DNA of 64,000 nucleotides. Origin: Planctomycetales bacterium (GTDB taxonomy: Bacteria > Planctomycetota > Planctomycetia > Planctomycetales > Planctomycetaceae). The notes under the pieces are model-generated. The model was not told the DNA's origin and ran no database searches. It saw only the letters and a program-made list of their open reading frames with translations. Location of the stretch: assembly GCA_040877365.1 (NCBI GenBank), contig JBBDNU010000153.1:5049-69048 (forward strand), given 5' to 3'. This document shows, one piece after another, positions 9,710-18,941 of this stretch (positions are counted from its first letter, which is position 1; each line of letters opens with the position of its first letter). A program made the position numbers and the translations under genes.

Positions 9710-10432
9710 ATGGCGCTCGTCGAAATCCGCAACCTGACGAAGAGCTTTCGCAAGGGAGACGAAGTCATCACGCCGCTCGACGATGTCGATCTGGACATCG
9801 AGCAGGGGGACTTCGTTTCGCTGATGGGCCCCAGCGGCACGGGCAAGAGCACGCTCCTGAACCTCGTGGCCGGCATCGATCGTCCCGATTCGGGCACGAT
9901 CACTGTCGCCGGAACGGAAGTGACCCGGCTGTCCCGCGGCCGGCTCGCGGACTGGCGGGCGGCGCACATCGGTTACATCTTCCAGACCCACAACCTCATT
10001 CCCGTGCTCACGGCCTACGAGAACGTGGAGCTTCCGACCCTGCTGTTGCCGATGTCGGGCGCCGAGCGCCGGAAGCGGGTCGAGGTCGCCTTGGAGGCCG
10101 TGAGCCTTACCGACCGGGCCGATCACTACCCGCGGCAACTCTCCGGGGGACAGGAACAGCGGGTCGGCATCGCGCGGTCGATCGTCGCCAATCCCACGGT
10201 CGTCGTGGCCGACGAGCCGACCGGCAGCCTCGATGCCGAGACCAGCGAACAGATCCAGGTGCTGCTCGGCCGGCTCAACCGGGAATTGAACATGACGATG
10301 CTGATGGTGACCCACGACGAGCAGGTGGCCGCGATCGCCGGCCGGCAACTGCGGCTGGACCGGGGGCGCGTCATCGATGCGAACTCGTCGTCCAACGGTC
10401 AGAAGCAGCGGCTGCTCGCCGAACGCGGGTAG
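9710..10432 (+). CDS. ABC transporter ATP-binding protein (MacB/LolD-like)
   Basis: Walker [10 protein letters not shown], signature LSGGQEQR, Walker [13 protein letters not shown] and H-loop MVTHD. Confidence 0.95.
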   Translation: MALVEIRNLTKSFRKGDEVITPLDDVDLDIEQGDFVSLMGPSGTGKSTLLNLVAGIDRPDSGTITVAGTEVTRLSRGRLADWRAAHIGYIFQTHNLIPVLTAYENVELPTLLLPMSGAERRKRVEVALEAVSLTDRADHYPRQLSGGQEQRVGIARSIVANPTVVVADEPTGSLDAETSEQIQVLLGRLNRELNMTMLMVTHDEQVAAIAGRQLRLDRGRVIDANSSSNGQKQRLLAERG

Positions 10433-10447
10433 GAAAGGGAAATCGGC

Positions 10448-11590
10448 ATGTTTCGATTCGCTCCATACGTTTTCAAGTGCCTCTGGCGGCACCGCGCGCG
10501 GACGCTGCTGACGGTCAGCGGCTCGGCCGTGGCGCTGTTCGTGTTCTGCTTCGTCGGCTCGGTGCAGGACGGGCTCGAGCGCTTGACCGAAAACGAGGAC
10601 GCCCAGCGGACGCTGATCGTGTTCCAGGAAAACCGCTTCTGCCCCACCAGCAGCCGCCTGCCGGAAGATTACGCCGGCCGAATCCAGAAGCTCTCCGGCG
10701 TGAAGGACGTCATGCCCGTGCAGGTGTGGACGAACAACTGCCGGGCCAGCCTCGACGTGATCGTCTTCAACGGCGCTGCGGCCCAGAAGCTCCAGACCGC
10801 GCGCGACCTGAAACTGACGGCCGGGAACTGGGCCGGCTTCGAATCGCGCCGGGACGCGGCCCTGGTGGGCCGGAACGTCGCCCAACGGCGGAGCTTGTCC
10901 GTCGGCGACCAATTTTCGATCGGCGAGTTGTCCGTGAAGGTGGTGGGCATCTTCCAGTCGCCGGTTCCCGCCGAGGAGAACCTGATCTACACGAACCTGC
11001 AGTTCCTGCAATACACGCAAGGGTTGGATTCGGCGGGCGTGGTGACGCAGCACGAAGTGCATCTGACGGACGACGCCGATCCGGACGCGGTGGCCCGCGC
11101 CATCGACGAAGCGCTGCGGGCCGGCCCGGTGGCGACCACGACCCGCCGCAAGGGGGCCTTTCAAGCGAGCACGCTGGCCGACCTGGTCGATCTGATCGGC
11201 TTTGCCCACTGGCTGGGTTACGCTTGCGTGGGCCTGGTCCTGTCGCTCGTGGCCACGACCACCGTGATGGCGGTGCAGGACCGCATTCGCGAGCACGCGG
11301 TGTTGCAGACGCTGGGATTGCGGCCGGCGCGCATCTTCCGGCTGGTGATCGCCGAGAGCCTGCTGATGTGCCTGGTCGGCGGATCGATCGGGACCGGTCT
11401 GGCCCTGGCCGTACTCGGCTGGAGCGGGATGTCCGTGGGGGCCGAAGGAGCGACGATCGCCTTTCGGCCGTCCCTGGAGCTGGGCGTGGCCGGAATGCTC
11501 GTCTCGCTCGTCGTCGGAGCGCTCGCGGGCGTCGTCCCCGCCTGGCAGGCGGCCCGCGCGCAGATCGTCGCGGCCTTGAGGCAGGGATAG
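10448..11590 (+). CDS. ABC transporter permease, FtsX/MacB type (second copy)
   Basis: Same architecture as 6356-7525. C-terminal FtsX block ([22 protein letters not shown]...). Confidence 0.85.
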   Translation: MFRFAPYVFKCLWRHRARTLLTVSGSAVALFVFCFVGSVQDGLERLTENEDAQRTLIVFQENRFCPTSSRLPEDYAGRIQKLSGVKDVMPVQVWTNNCRASLDVIVFNGAAAQKLQTARDLKLTAGNWAGFESRRDAALVGRNVAQRRSLSVGDQFSIGELSVKVVGIFQSPVPAEENLIYTNLQFLQYTQGLDSAGVVTQHEVHLTDDADPDAVARAIDEALRAGPVATTTRRKGAFQASTLADLVDLIGFAHWLGYACVGLVLSLVATTTVMAVQDRIREHAVLQTLGLRPARIFRLVIAESLLMCLVGGSIGTGLALAVLGWSGMSVGAEGATIAFRPSLELGVAGMLVSLVVGALAGVVPAWQAARAQIVAALRQG

Positions 11591-11626
11591 CCGCCTTGTC
11601 CAAGATCGAGTTGATGGGGTTGCCCA

Positions 11627-11682
11627 TAGCGGAATTCGCAAGAATTCGACTCGACGCGTCGGAATTCTTGCGAATTCCGCTA
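11627..11682. repeat. REP-like inverted repeat built from two copies of a 24-nt unit (TAGCGGAATTCGCAAGAATTC / GAATTCTTGCGAATTCCGCTA)
   Basis: 21-bp perfect arms (11627-11647 and 11662-11682). Each arm is itself a GGAATTC-loop-GAATTC(C) hairpin (7 bp in the right arm, 6 bp in the left). It lies 37 nt after the permease stop. The same unit recurs at 44660-44726. Confidence 0.9.
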
Positions 11683-11799
11683 CCCGCCATTTCGAGACGA
11701 CCTCTCGAAGCTCGCCCTGGGGCCGGGAAGTTCGGCATTGCCGTTGGCCGCGAGTGCTCGTATCATTTCGCAATGGCCCCGATTTCATAGATCTTGACC

Positions 11800-12351
11800 A
11801 TGGATCGCTGGTTGAAACGATCGGCTGTGCTTGGTTTGTCGGCCGCGGTGGCGATGGCGGCCGTCATGCCGCCCGCCGTCGGGCATTCGCATGCGGACGG
11901 AGATCGGCCGCACGATCATCGGATTGCTGGAGCGGGGCACAGCCATCCCCGGGCTGCCACGGCGAAGCACCACCATCGACACGAGGATGGTCGCGAACAC
12001 TCGCATGCTCCGGAGGAGCAAGGCGGGACCGTCGAGGCCCCGACCGTTCCACATCGGCACGCCTGGTTCCTGTTCGTGGATTGGACCGTCCCGGCGCGCG
12101 GCTCGCACGATCCCGCGCCATTCGGCCCGGAGTGGTCCGAGGTGATTCAGCTCGCCCGCCTCTGGGAGCCGGGTGCGGTGCTCGCAGGCGCGGGGGCGGA
12201 TGTGTCGCGGCTTGCGCAGCCTTCTGCCCTCGCTGGCCGAATTCCGGATCCAGCGATCGAGGAGGCCCGGCATCGTGGCGACTGGGCCCGCGAGTCCATT
12301 CCTCTGTGTGACGCTGCGCGCCATGCGTGCGCCGGTGTGCTGCTGATCTAA
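11800..12351 (+). CDS. histidine-rich secreted protein, putative metal-binding
   Basis: Signal-like N-terminus followed by HSHADGDRPHDHRIAGAGHSHPRAATAKHHHRHEDGREHSHAP. It is the first gene of the RND metal-efflux cluster. Confidence 0.55.
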   Translation: MDRWLKRSAVLGLSAAVAMAAVMPPAVGHSHADGDRPHDHRIAGAGHSHPRAATAKHHHRHEDGREHSHAPEEQGGTVEAPTVPHRHAWFLFVDWTVPARGSHDPAPFGPEWSEVIQLARLWEPGAVLAGAGADVSRLAQPSALAGRIPDPAIEEARHRGDWARESIPLCDAARHACAGVLLI

Positions 12352-12489
12352 GCGGCAGCTTCGCGTCACTGCTTCGCTCCGCTGCGTCCACATCGCGGCG
12401 CAGCGTCCCCGCGACTTCTCCGTCCGGCGTTGCGCTCGAACGCAGCGCCACCTCGCGCTTTCCGCTTTCCCTTCATGAGGAGATGAGCC

Positions 12490-13038
12490 ATGTTGACCCG
12501 CATTCCGATGATTGCCTGGCTTCTGCCGATGGCCGCCGGGGCGGCGTTCCTGGCCGGTTGCGGAGACGATTCCGCGACGACCGGCGACGGCAAGAACGCG
12601 ACGACGAACTCGACGACGACGGGCACGCCCGACGAGCATGCCGACCCGCACGACGTGCCGATGACCGAGGCCGAGATCGAGCAGTTGCGGCAGGAGACCG
12701 CGACCTGGGACGCCGCGATCCAGCACGTCCAGACGTTTCGGGACACGATCCGGACGGAGACGACCGGCGGCGTCCCGGCCAAGGCGCACCGGTCGCTCGA
12801 CAAGCTGGATTACGTGTTGCGGTGGCTGCCGGAGATCGCCCAGCAGAGCCAGGTCCCCAGGGACCAGTGGCAGACGGTCGGCGAAAACGCGCAGCAGCTC
12901 CGCGACCTGTTCGACCGCGTCCACACCAACATCGACGCAGGCAAGAAGCCGGACTACGAGGCCGTCGCCGAGGAGATCGACCGGAACATCGCCGCATTGG
13001 CGAAGATCGAAGCGAAGCCGGCCGCCCCGTCGAACTGA
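12490..13038 (+). CDS. helical lipoprotein, unknown function
   Basis: GAGGAG RBS, lipobox FLAGC, a Thr/Asp-rich linker and then a helical body. Confidence 0.65.
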   Translation: MLTRIPMIAWLLPMAAGAAFLAGCGDDSATTGDGKNATTNSTTTGTPDEHADPHDVPMTEAEIEQLRQETATWDAAIQHVQTFRDTIRTETTGGVPAKAHRSLDKLDYVLRWLPEIAQQSQVPRDQWQTVGENAQQLRDLFDRVHTNIDAGKKPDYEAVAEEIDRNIAALAKIEAKPAAPSN

Positions 13039-13086
13039 CGGCAGCAAGTTCCACCCATAGTCATGCTGAACGGGAGGCAGGGAATC

Positions 13087-15216
13087 ATGTCTCATCGACA
13101 CGCGCGCAAGGAGGGCACGAATCGCGTGCCCGCCGAATTCATCCGGACCGCGCTCGCGGCAGCCGTCGCGGGGGCGATGCTGCTGTTGCCCGCCTCCCGT
13201 TCGGCGTCGGGCCACGAGGGGCACGCGGCCCTCCCCTCGACCGGCGCGACCGTCGACGGGGATCAACTGCTGCTGTCGCCCTCGGCGATCCGGGCGGTTG
13301 GAATGGAAACTGCCAAGATCGGACTCCGCGAGGTGCGGGAGGAACTGCGCGTCAACGCCCGGTTGGAACTGCCCTGGAACCAGCAGGCGAAGGTGGCCAC
13401 GCAGTTGTCGGGAAAAGTCGCCCAGGTGCTCGTGAAGCCGGGCGAAACGGTCCGGGCGGGACAGGAGTTGGCGCAAATCGAGAGCCTCGACTTGGAGTCG
13501 ATCCAGTCGGAACTGCTCGAATCGGCCGCCCGAGCCGAATTGCTGCGCCGCCTCGTCGAGCAGCGCGCCGCTCTCGCCGAGCGCGGCGGGATTCCTGGCA
13601 AAGCCCTGCTCGAGACGCAGGCCGAGCTGAGAGAGATCACGGCCCGGCAGCGGATCGCGTGGCTCAAGCTGCAAGGCTACGGCATCGACGGCGGACGAAT
13701 CGATGAAGTCCTTCGCAGCGGCCGGCCGGTCGATTCGGTCCTCGTCACGTCCCCGATCGCAGGCGTCGTCCGGCATGCCGACGTGCGGCCCGGGCAACTC
13801 GTCGAGGCCAGTGAGCACCTGTTCGACATCGTCGACTCGTCGCGGCTGTACGCGGTCGGTGATGTGCCGGAGACCGATGCGCATCGGCTCGCGGTGGGAT
13901 TGCCGGTCACGATCGAGCTGGCGGGCCTCCCCGGCCGCGCATGGGACGGACGCGTCGAGCGAATCGCACCGAAGCTGAGCGCGCCGCATCGCATGCTGCA
14001 AGTCGTCGCTTCGGTCGAAAACCCGGAGGGGCGCCTGCGGCCGGGCATGTTCGGCCGAATGACGGTTCGCGTCTTCGCGGCCGCCGATCAGATCGTCTGC
14101 CCGCTGACGGCGCTCGTCGAGACGGGTTCGGGGACGTTCGTGTTGCGTCGGGACGGCGAGGGGAAGTACCGCCGGCAGCCGGTGCGGGTGTCGCTGCGCT
14201 CGCATGACATCGCCGTGGTCGAGTCCGGCCTCTTCCCCGGCCAGGAAGTCGTCGTGCGGGGGACGCACCTGTTGGCGGCCATGTTCGATCGTCCGACGTC
14301 CGCCACGGGCGACGGGGCGAAGTCCGCGGCCGGCGACGCCCGGATTGCGGGACCGATCCGACCTTCGGCGGACGCCCCCTTCGACCTTGCGATCGCCGCC
14401 CGCGCCGCGGTCGAACTGCCGACGTCGCAGACTGCGTCCGTCACTTCGCTGATCGAGGGGCGTGTCGCCGAGATCCTCGTCGAGCCTGGACAGCAGGTCG
14501 CCGCGGGGGACGTCGTGGCCCGGCTGGCGAGCCAGGAACTGCGGAACATGCAGCTCGAACTACTGGAAACGCAGGCCAAGCTCGACTGGGGCCGGAACCA
14601 GGTGGAGCGGCTGCGGCCGCTGGCCGAAACCGGGATGGCCGCGGCGCGGGAACTGTGGGAGCGCGAGACCGAAGCGCAGATGCTGACCCACCGGGTCGAG
14701 AGCCTGTCCCGCAAGCTCCGCCTCGTCGGACTGACGGAAGCGCAGGTGGACGCCGTTCGCCGCACCGATCTCGATGCTCCGGCCAATGCAGTTGCGGACG
14801 GGATGTCGATCGTCGACGCCGTCCCGGTTCGCGCCCCGCTCGACGGCCGGATCACCGAGTTCGACCTCGTGCTGGGGCAACTCGTCCACTCGCACGACCG
14901 GCTGTTCGAGATCCAGGATCTGAAAACCGTGTGGGTGCGGGCCTGGTTCTTCGAGCGGGACGCCGTCCGCGTCCAGCCGGGACAGACGGCGATCTTGACG
15001 TTTCCCGCCGATCCCGGACTGCGGGTCGAGGGCCGGGTGCTCCGCAGCGGTCCGATGCTCGACTCGGCCGAGCGCGTCCTGCCCGTCTGGATCGAAGTCT
15101 CCAACCCGCAGGAGTTCCTCAAGGAGAGGATGCTGGCCAAAGTCGTCGTGCAGGTTCCGCGTGTGAACCCCGGATTGCTCGTGACCACGCCGGATGAAGC
15201 CGGCAACGACGAATAG
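13087..15216 (+). CDS. efflux RND periplasmic adaptor (CusB/CzcB-like) with two tandem adaptor modules
   Basis: GGGAGG lies upstream of the ATG at 13087 (an alternative ATG is at 13063). There are two lipoyl/hairpin units: SGKVAQVLVKPGETVRAGQELAQIES and EGRVAEILVEPGQQVAAGDVVARLAS. Each is followed by a coiled coil and beta-barrel segments. Confidence 0.85.
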   Translation: MSHRHARKEGTNRVPAEFIRTALAAAVAGAMLLLPASRSASGHEGHAALPSTGATVDGDQLLLSPSAIRAVGMETAKIGLREVREELRVNARLELPWNQQAKVATQLSGKVAQVLVKPGETVRAGQELAQIESLDLESIQSELLESAARAELLRRLVEQRAALAERGGIPGKALLETQAELREITARQRIAWLKLQGYGIDGGRIDEVLRSGRPVDSVLVTSPIAGVVRHADVRPGQLVEASEHLFDIVDSSRLYAVGDVPETDAHRLAVGLPVTIELAGLPGRAWDGRVERIAPKLSAPHRMLQVVASVENPEGRLRPGMFGRMTVRVFAAADQIVCPLTALVETGSGTFVLRRDGEGKYRRQPVRVSLRSHDIAVVESGLFPGQEVVVRGTHLLAAMFDRPTSATGDGAKSAAGDARIAGPIRPSADAPFDLAIAARAAVELPTSQTASVTSLIEGRVAEILVEPGQQVAAGDVVARLASQELRNMQLELLETQAKLDWGRNQVERLRPLAETGMAAARELWERETEAQMLTHRVESLSRKLRLVGLTEAQVDAVRRTDLDAPANAVADGMSIVDAVPVRAPLDGRITEFDLVLGQLVHSHDRLFEIQDLKTVWVRAWFFERDAVRVQPGQTAILTFPADPGLRVEGRVLRSGPMLDSAERVLPVWIEVSNPQEFLKERMLAKVVVQVPRVNPGLLVTTPDEAGNDE

Positions 15217-15242
15217 CGCCTCCTCGAAGTGGACCGCAGCCG

Positions 15243-18200
15243 ATGCTCAACCGCGTCATCGCCTTCTCGCTCAAGAACCGGGTGTTCATCCTCGCCGGGG
15301 TCGTGGTGCTCGTGCTGTTCGGGGGCTACCAGGCCGCGCAACTTTCGATCGACGTCTTCCCCGACCTGAACCGCCCCACGGTCACGATCATGACCGAGTC
15401 CCACGGTCTGGCCCCGGAAGAGGTCGAGACGCTGGTGACGTTCCCGATCGAATCGGCGATGAATGGGGCCCACGGCGTCCAGCGGGTCCGCTCGTCGTCC
15501 GGCATCGGCATCTCGATCGTGTACGTCGAGTTCGACTGGGGGACCGACATCCACCGCGCCCGCCAGATCGTCTCCGAACGCCTGCAACTGACCGTCGCCC
15601 AGCTTCCCGAGGACGTGACCCCCGCCATGACGCCCATCACGTCGATCATGGGGGAGATCATGCTGATCGGCGTGCAGCCGGCGGGGGAGACGACGCAGCT
15701 CGAAACGCGGACGATCGCCGACTGGGTGATCCGTCGCCGTCTGCTCGGGGTGAGCGGCGTGGCGCAGGTCACCGTAATGGGAGGCGAGCTGAAGCAGTAC
15801 CAGGTGCTCACCTCGCCCGAGCGGCTGGCCGCCTACGACGTCACGATCGACGAGCTGTCGAGGGCCGTGGAGCAGTCGAACGCGGTCTCGGGCGGCGGGT
15901 TCCTGCTCGACCAGGAGCGCGAGAAGCTGATCCGCATCGTGGGCCGGGCGACCAGCCTGGACGACATCCGCAACACGGTCGTCAAGCTGGGCGAGGCCGT
16001 GCCGATTACGATCGCCCAGGTGGCCGACGTCCGCTTCGCCGGGCCGGTGAAGCGCGGGGACGGCAGCATCGGCGGCGAGCCGGCCGTGATCCTCTCGGTC
16101 CAGAAGCAGCCCGGGGCCGACACGATCGAGTTGACGGAGACGATCCTGGCCGAGCTGGATCGCATCCAGAAACAGCAGCCGGGAGTGAAGATCGCCTCGA
16201 ACATCTTCAAGCAGGCCGATTTCATCCGCGTGGCGATCCGCAACGTCGAGGAAGCGATCCGCGACGGGGCGATCTGGGTGGTGGTCGTGCTGTTCCTCTT
16301 CCTGTGGAACTTCCGCACGAGCGCGATCACACTCACCGCGATCCCGCTATCGGTGCTGATCACCGCGCTCGTGTTCCGCTGGTTCGGCCTGTCGATCAAT
16401 ACGATGACTCTCGGCGGGCTGGCCGTCGCGGTGGGGGAGCTCGTCGACGACTCGATCGTCGACATCGAGAACATCTACCGCCGCCTGAAGGAGAACCGGC
16501 ACAAGCCGCGGCCGGACAACCCGCTCAAGGTGATCTTCCTGGCGTCGGCCGAAATCCGGAACAGCATCGTGTACGCCACGCTGATCGTGGTGCTGGTCGT
16601 GTTCCCCCTGTTCTCGTTGGCCGGTCTCGAAGGGCGGATGTTCGCACCCCTGGGATTGTCGTACCTGATCACGCTCCTGGCGTCGCTGGCCGTGTCGCTG
16701 ACGGTGACGCCGGTGCTGGCCTCGTTCCTGCTGCCGAAGGCCCGCTTCCTCGAGCAGGAGAGGGATTCCCTGCTGGTCCGCGGGCTGAAGTGGGCCGACA
16801 CGCACCTGCTGCGGTTCGTCCTTCGCCACAGCCTGGCGGTCCTGGCGGCGGTCGTCCTGATCGTCGCCGCTTCGGTCGCGAGCATCTTCTGGATGGGGGG
16901 CGAGTTCCTGCCCGACTTCAACGAGGGGACGCTCACGATCGGGATGACGACCCCCGCCGGCACCAACCTGGCGGAGTCGAACCGGCTCGCGACCCGCGTC
17001 GAACGGATCCTGATGGAAGTCCCCGAGGTCACGCACGTCTCGCGGCGGACCGGCCGCGCGGAGCTGGACGAGCATGCCGAAAACGTGAACTTCTCCGAAG
17101 TCGATGTCGGCCTCCTCGACCCCGAAGTCCCGAAGCCCGGCTTTCACAATGCGGTGCTGCGGGCGATTCCCGGATTGCACGGTTTCGGCGTGGAGGCGGC
17201 CGGCCGGCCGCGGGAGGTCGTGCTGGAGGACATCCGCGAGCGCCTGGCGGCCTTTCCGCGCACGGTCGTGTTCAACGTGGGGCAGCCCATTTCGCACCGG
17301 CTCGATCACATCATGTCGGGCATCCGGGCCCAGATCGCCGTGAAGATCTTCGGCGAGGACCTGCACCTGCTCCGCGAGCAGGCTGAAACGGTCCGCGAGC
17401 TGATGGCGGAGGTCCCCGGCGTCGTCGATCTCCAGGTCGAGCAGCAGGTCGAGATCGAGCAGGTCCGCGTGACCGTGCTTCGCGACGAAGCGGTCCGTTA
17501 CGGCCTCTCTCCCGCGACGGTCGCCGAGGCGCTCGAGACCGCCTTCCAGGGGCGGACGGTCTCCCAAGTGCTGGAGGGGCAGCGGACTTTCGACCTCGTC
17601 GTCTGGTTCGACGCGGAGTCGCGGGGCGACATCGACGCGATCCGCAACACGATGCTCAACACCCCCTCCGGCGCGCGGGTGAAGCTGGGGACCGTCGCCG
17701 CCATCGAGGAGCGGAGCGGTCCCAACACGATCAACCGCGAATCCGTGATGCGGCGGATCGTCGTGCAGTGCAACACCGCCGATCGTGACCTCGTCAGCGT
17801 CGTCGAGGAGATCCAGTCGGCGGTGAACGAGCGGGTGATCGCGGCCGGGAAGCTGCCGGAGGGCTACTTCATCGAGCACGGCGGGCAGTTCGAGGCGCAG
17901 CGCGACGCGAATTTCCGGCTGCTGGTGCTGGCGTCGTTCTCCTTGGCCGGGATCTTCCTGCTGCTCTACAAGTGCCTCGGCTCGTGGCGGGCGGCCCTGC
18001 AGGTGATGGTCAACATTCCGCTGGCCGCGATCGGCTCGGTGATCGCGCTCCTCTTGGCGAGCTGGCCGGGGACTGCGGCCTTCGCCGGTCTGGCCTGGTG
18101 GGAATGGCTGGGCGTCTGGCTGCGGGGGACGACGCTCTCGGTGGCGCACTGGGTGGGCTTCATCACGCTGATCGGCATCGTCAGCCGCAACGGCATTATG

Positions 18201-18554
18201 ATGATCTCCCACTACCTGCACCTCATGAAGTTCGAGGGGGAGCAGTTCACCGAGCGGATGATCATCCGCGGCAGCCTGGAGCGGCTGGTCCCCGTGCTGA
18301 TGACGGCCCTGACGACGATCATCGGGCTGATCCCGCTGGCGCTGGGCGCGGACCAGACGGGCAAGGAGATCCTGCACCCGCTGGCGATCGTCGTCATCGG
18401 CGGACTGCTGAGTTCGACGCTGCTCGACCAGATCGTGACGCCGGCCCTGTTCTGGCGGTTCGGCCGCAGGATTTCCGCCGAGCAGGGACTCGGCGAAGGG
18501 GGCGCGGCGGTCGAGGAATCCGACCTGCACCGGCTCGCCGCCAAATTCGACTGA
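15243..18554 (+). CDS. CusA/CzcA-family heavy-metal efflux RND transporter
   Basis: 1103 aa. Typical N-terminus MLNRVIAFSLKNRVFIL...DVFPDLNRPTVTIMTE. 12-TM RND architecture with two large periplasmic loops. Confidence 0.95.
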   Translation: MLNRVIAFSLKNRVFILAGVVVLVLFGGYQAAQLSIDVFPDLNRPTVTIMTESHGLAPEEVETLVTFPIESAMNGAHGVQRVRSSSGIGISIVYVEFDWGTDIHRARQIVSERLQLTVAQLPEDVTPAMTPITSIMGEIMLIGVQPAGETTQLETRTIADWVIRRRLLGVSGVAQVTVMGGELKQYQVLTSPERLAAYDVTIDELSRAVEQSNAVSGGGFLLDQEREKLIRIVGRATSLDDIRNTVVKLGEAVPITIAQVADVRFAGPVKRGDGSIGGEPAVILSVQKQPGADTIELTETILAELDRIQKQQPGVKIASNIFKQADFIRVAIRNVEEAIRDGAIWVVVVLFLFLWNFRTSAITLTAIPLSVLITALVFRWFGLSINTMTLGGLAVAVGELVDDSIVDIENIYRRLKENRHKPRPDNPLKVIFLASAEIRNSIVYATLIVVLVVFPLFSLAGLEGRMFAPLGLSYLITLLASLAVSLTVTPVLASFLLPKARFLEQERDSLLVRGLKWADTHLLRFVLRHSLAVLAAVVLIVAASVASIFWMGGEFLPDFNEGTLTIGMTTPAGTNLAESNRLATRVERILMEVPEVTHVSRRTGRAELDEHAENVNFSEVDVGLLDPEVPKPGFHNAVLRAIPGLHGFGVEAAGRPREVVLEDIRERLAAFPRTVVFNVGQPISHRLDHIMSGIRAQIAVKIFGEDLHLLREQAETVRELMAEVPGVVDLQVEQQVEIEQVRVTVLRDEAVRYGLSPATVAEALETAFQGRTVSQVLEGQRTFDLVVWFDAESRGDIDAIRNTMLNTPSGARVKLGTVAAIEERSGPNTINRESVMRRIVVQCNTADRDLVSVVEEIQSAVNERVIAAGKLPEGYFIEHGGQFEAQRDANFRLLVLASFSLAGIFLLLYKCLGSWRAALQVMVNIPLAAIGSVIALLLASWPGTAAFAGLAWWEWLGVWLRGTTLSVAHWVGFITLIGIVSRNGIMMISHYLHLMKFEGEQFTERMIIRGSLERLVPVLMTALTTIIGLIPLALGADQTGKEILHPLAIVVIGGLLSSTLLDQIVTPALFWRFGRRISAEQGLGEGGAAVEESDLHRLAAKFD

Positions 18555-18599
18555 TGCGATCGACAATCCCTTCTCCGGCCAGTGACCGGGAGCGAACTG

Positions 18600-18941
18600 A
18601 TGTGGCAGACCATTCTTCGCGGCGTGATCGCGGCCCTCGTCGTGATCGGCGTGACGGAACTCGGCAAGCGCTTGCCCCGGGCGGGCGCGCTCCTGCTCAC
18701 GCTGCCGCTGGTGAGCGTCATCGCATTCGTTTCCGCCTGGACGAAATACCGCGACCTGCCGCCGATCGCCCGCCTGGCGCGGGAAACGCTGGTGCTCGTC
18801 CCGCTCGGCCTGCCGTTCTTCCTGCCGCTGGCGTTCGCGGAGCGCTGGGGACTCGGCTTCTGGACGGCGTGCGGGCTGGGCCTCGTGCTGGCGTCGGCGA
18901 CGATCGCCCTCTGGTTCTGGCTGGGACCGCCGGATCTGTGA
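18600..18941 (+). CDS. small 4-TM membrane protein (DUF3147-like)
   Basis: 113 aa, four hydrophobic helices, directly downstream of the RND pump. Its 3' two-thirds overlap the open tail of the convergent SOD ORF. Confidence 0.55.
   Translation: MWQTILRGVIAALVVIGVTELGKRLPRAGALLLTLPLVSVIAFVSAWTKYRDLPPIARLARETLVLVPLGLPFFLPLAFAERWGLGFWTACGLGLVLASATIALWFWLGPPDL

Noticed and set aside
9281-14268. 835-aa and 827-aa minus-strand ORFs (9281-11788, 11785-14268)
   Set aside because: They are antisense to the ABC ATPase/permease and RND adaptor genes. They have typical high-GC shadow-frame composition, and the first reads through the REP palindrome.
16347-18566. 739-aa minus-strand ORF
   Set aside because: It is antisense to the CusA/CzcA gene, whose identity is unambiguous.
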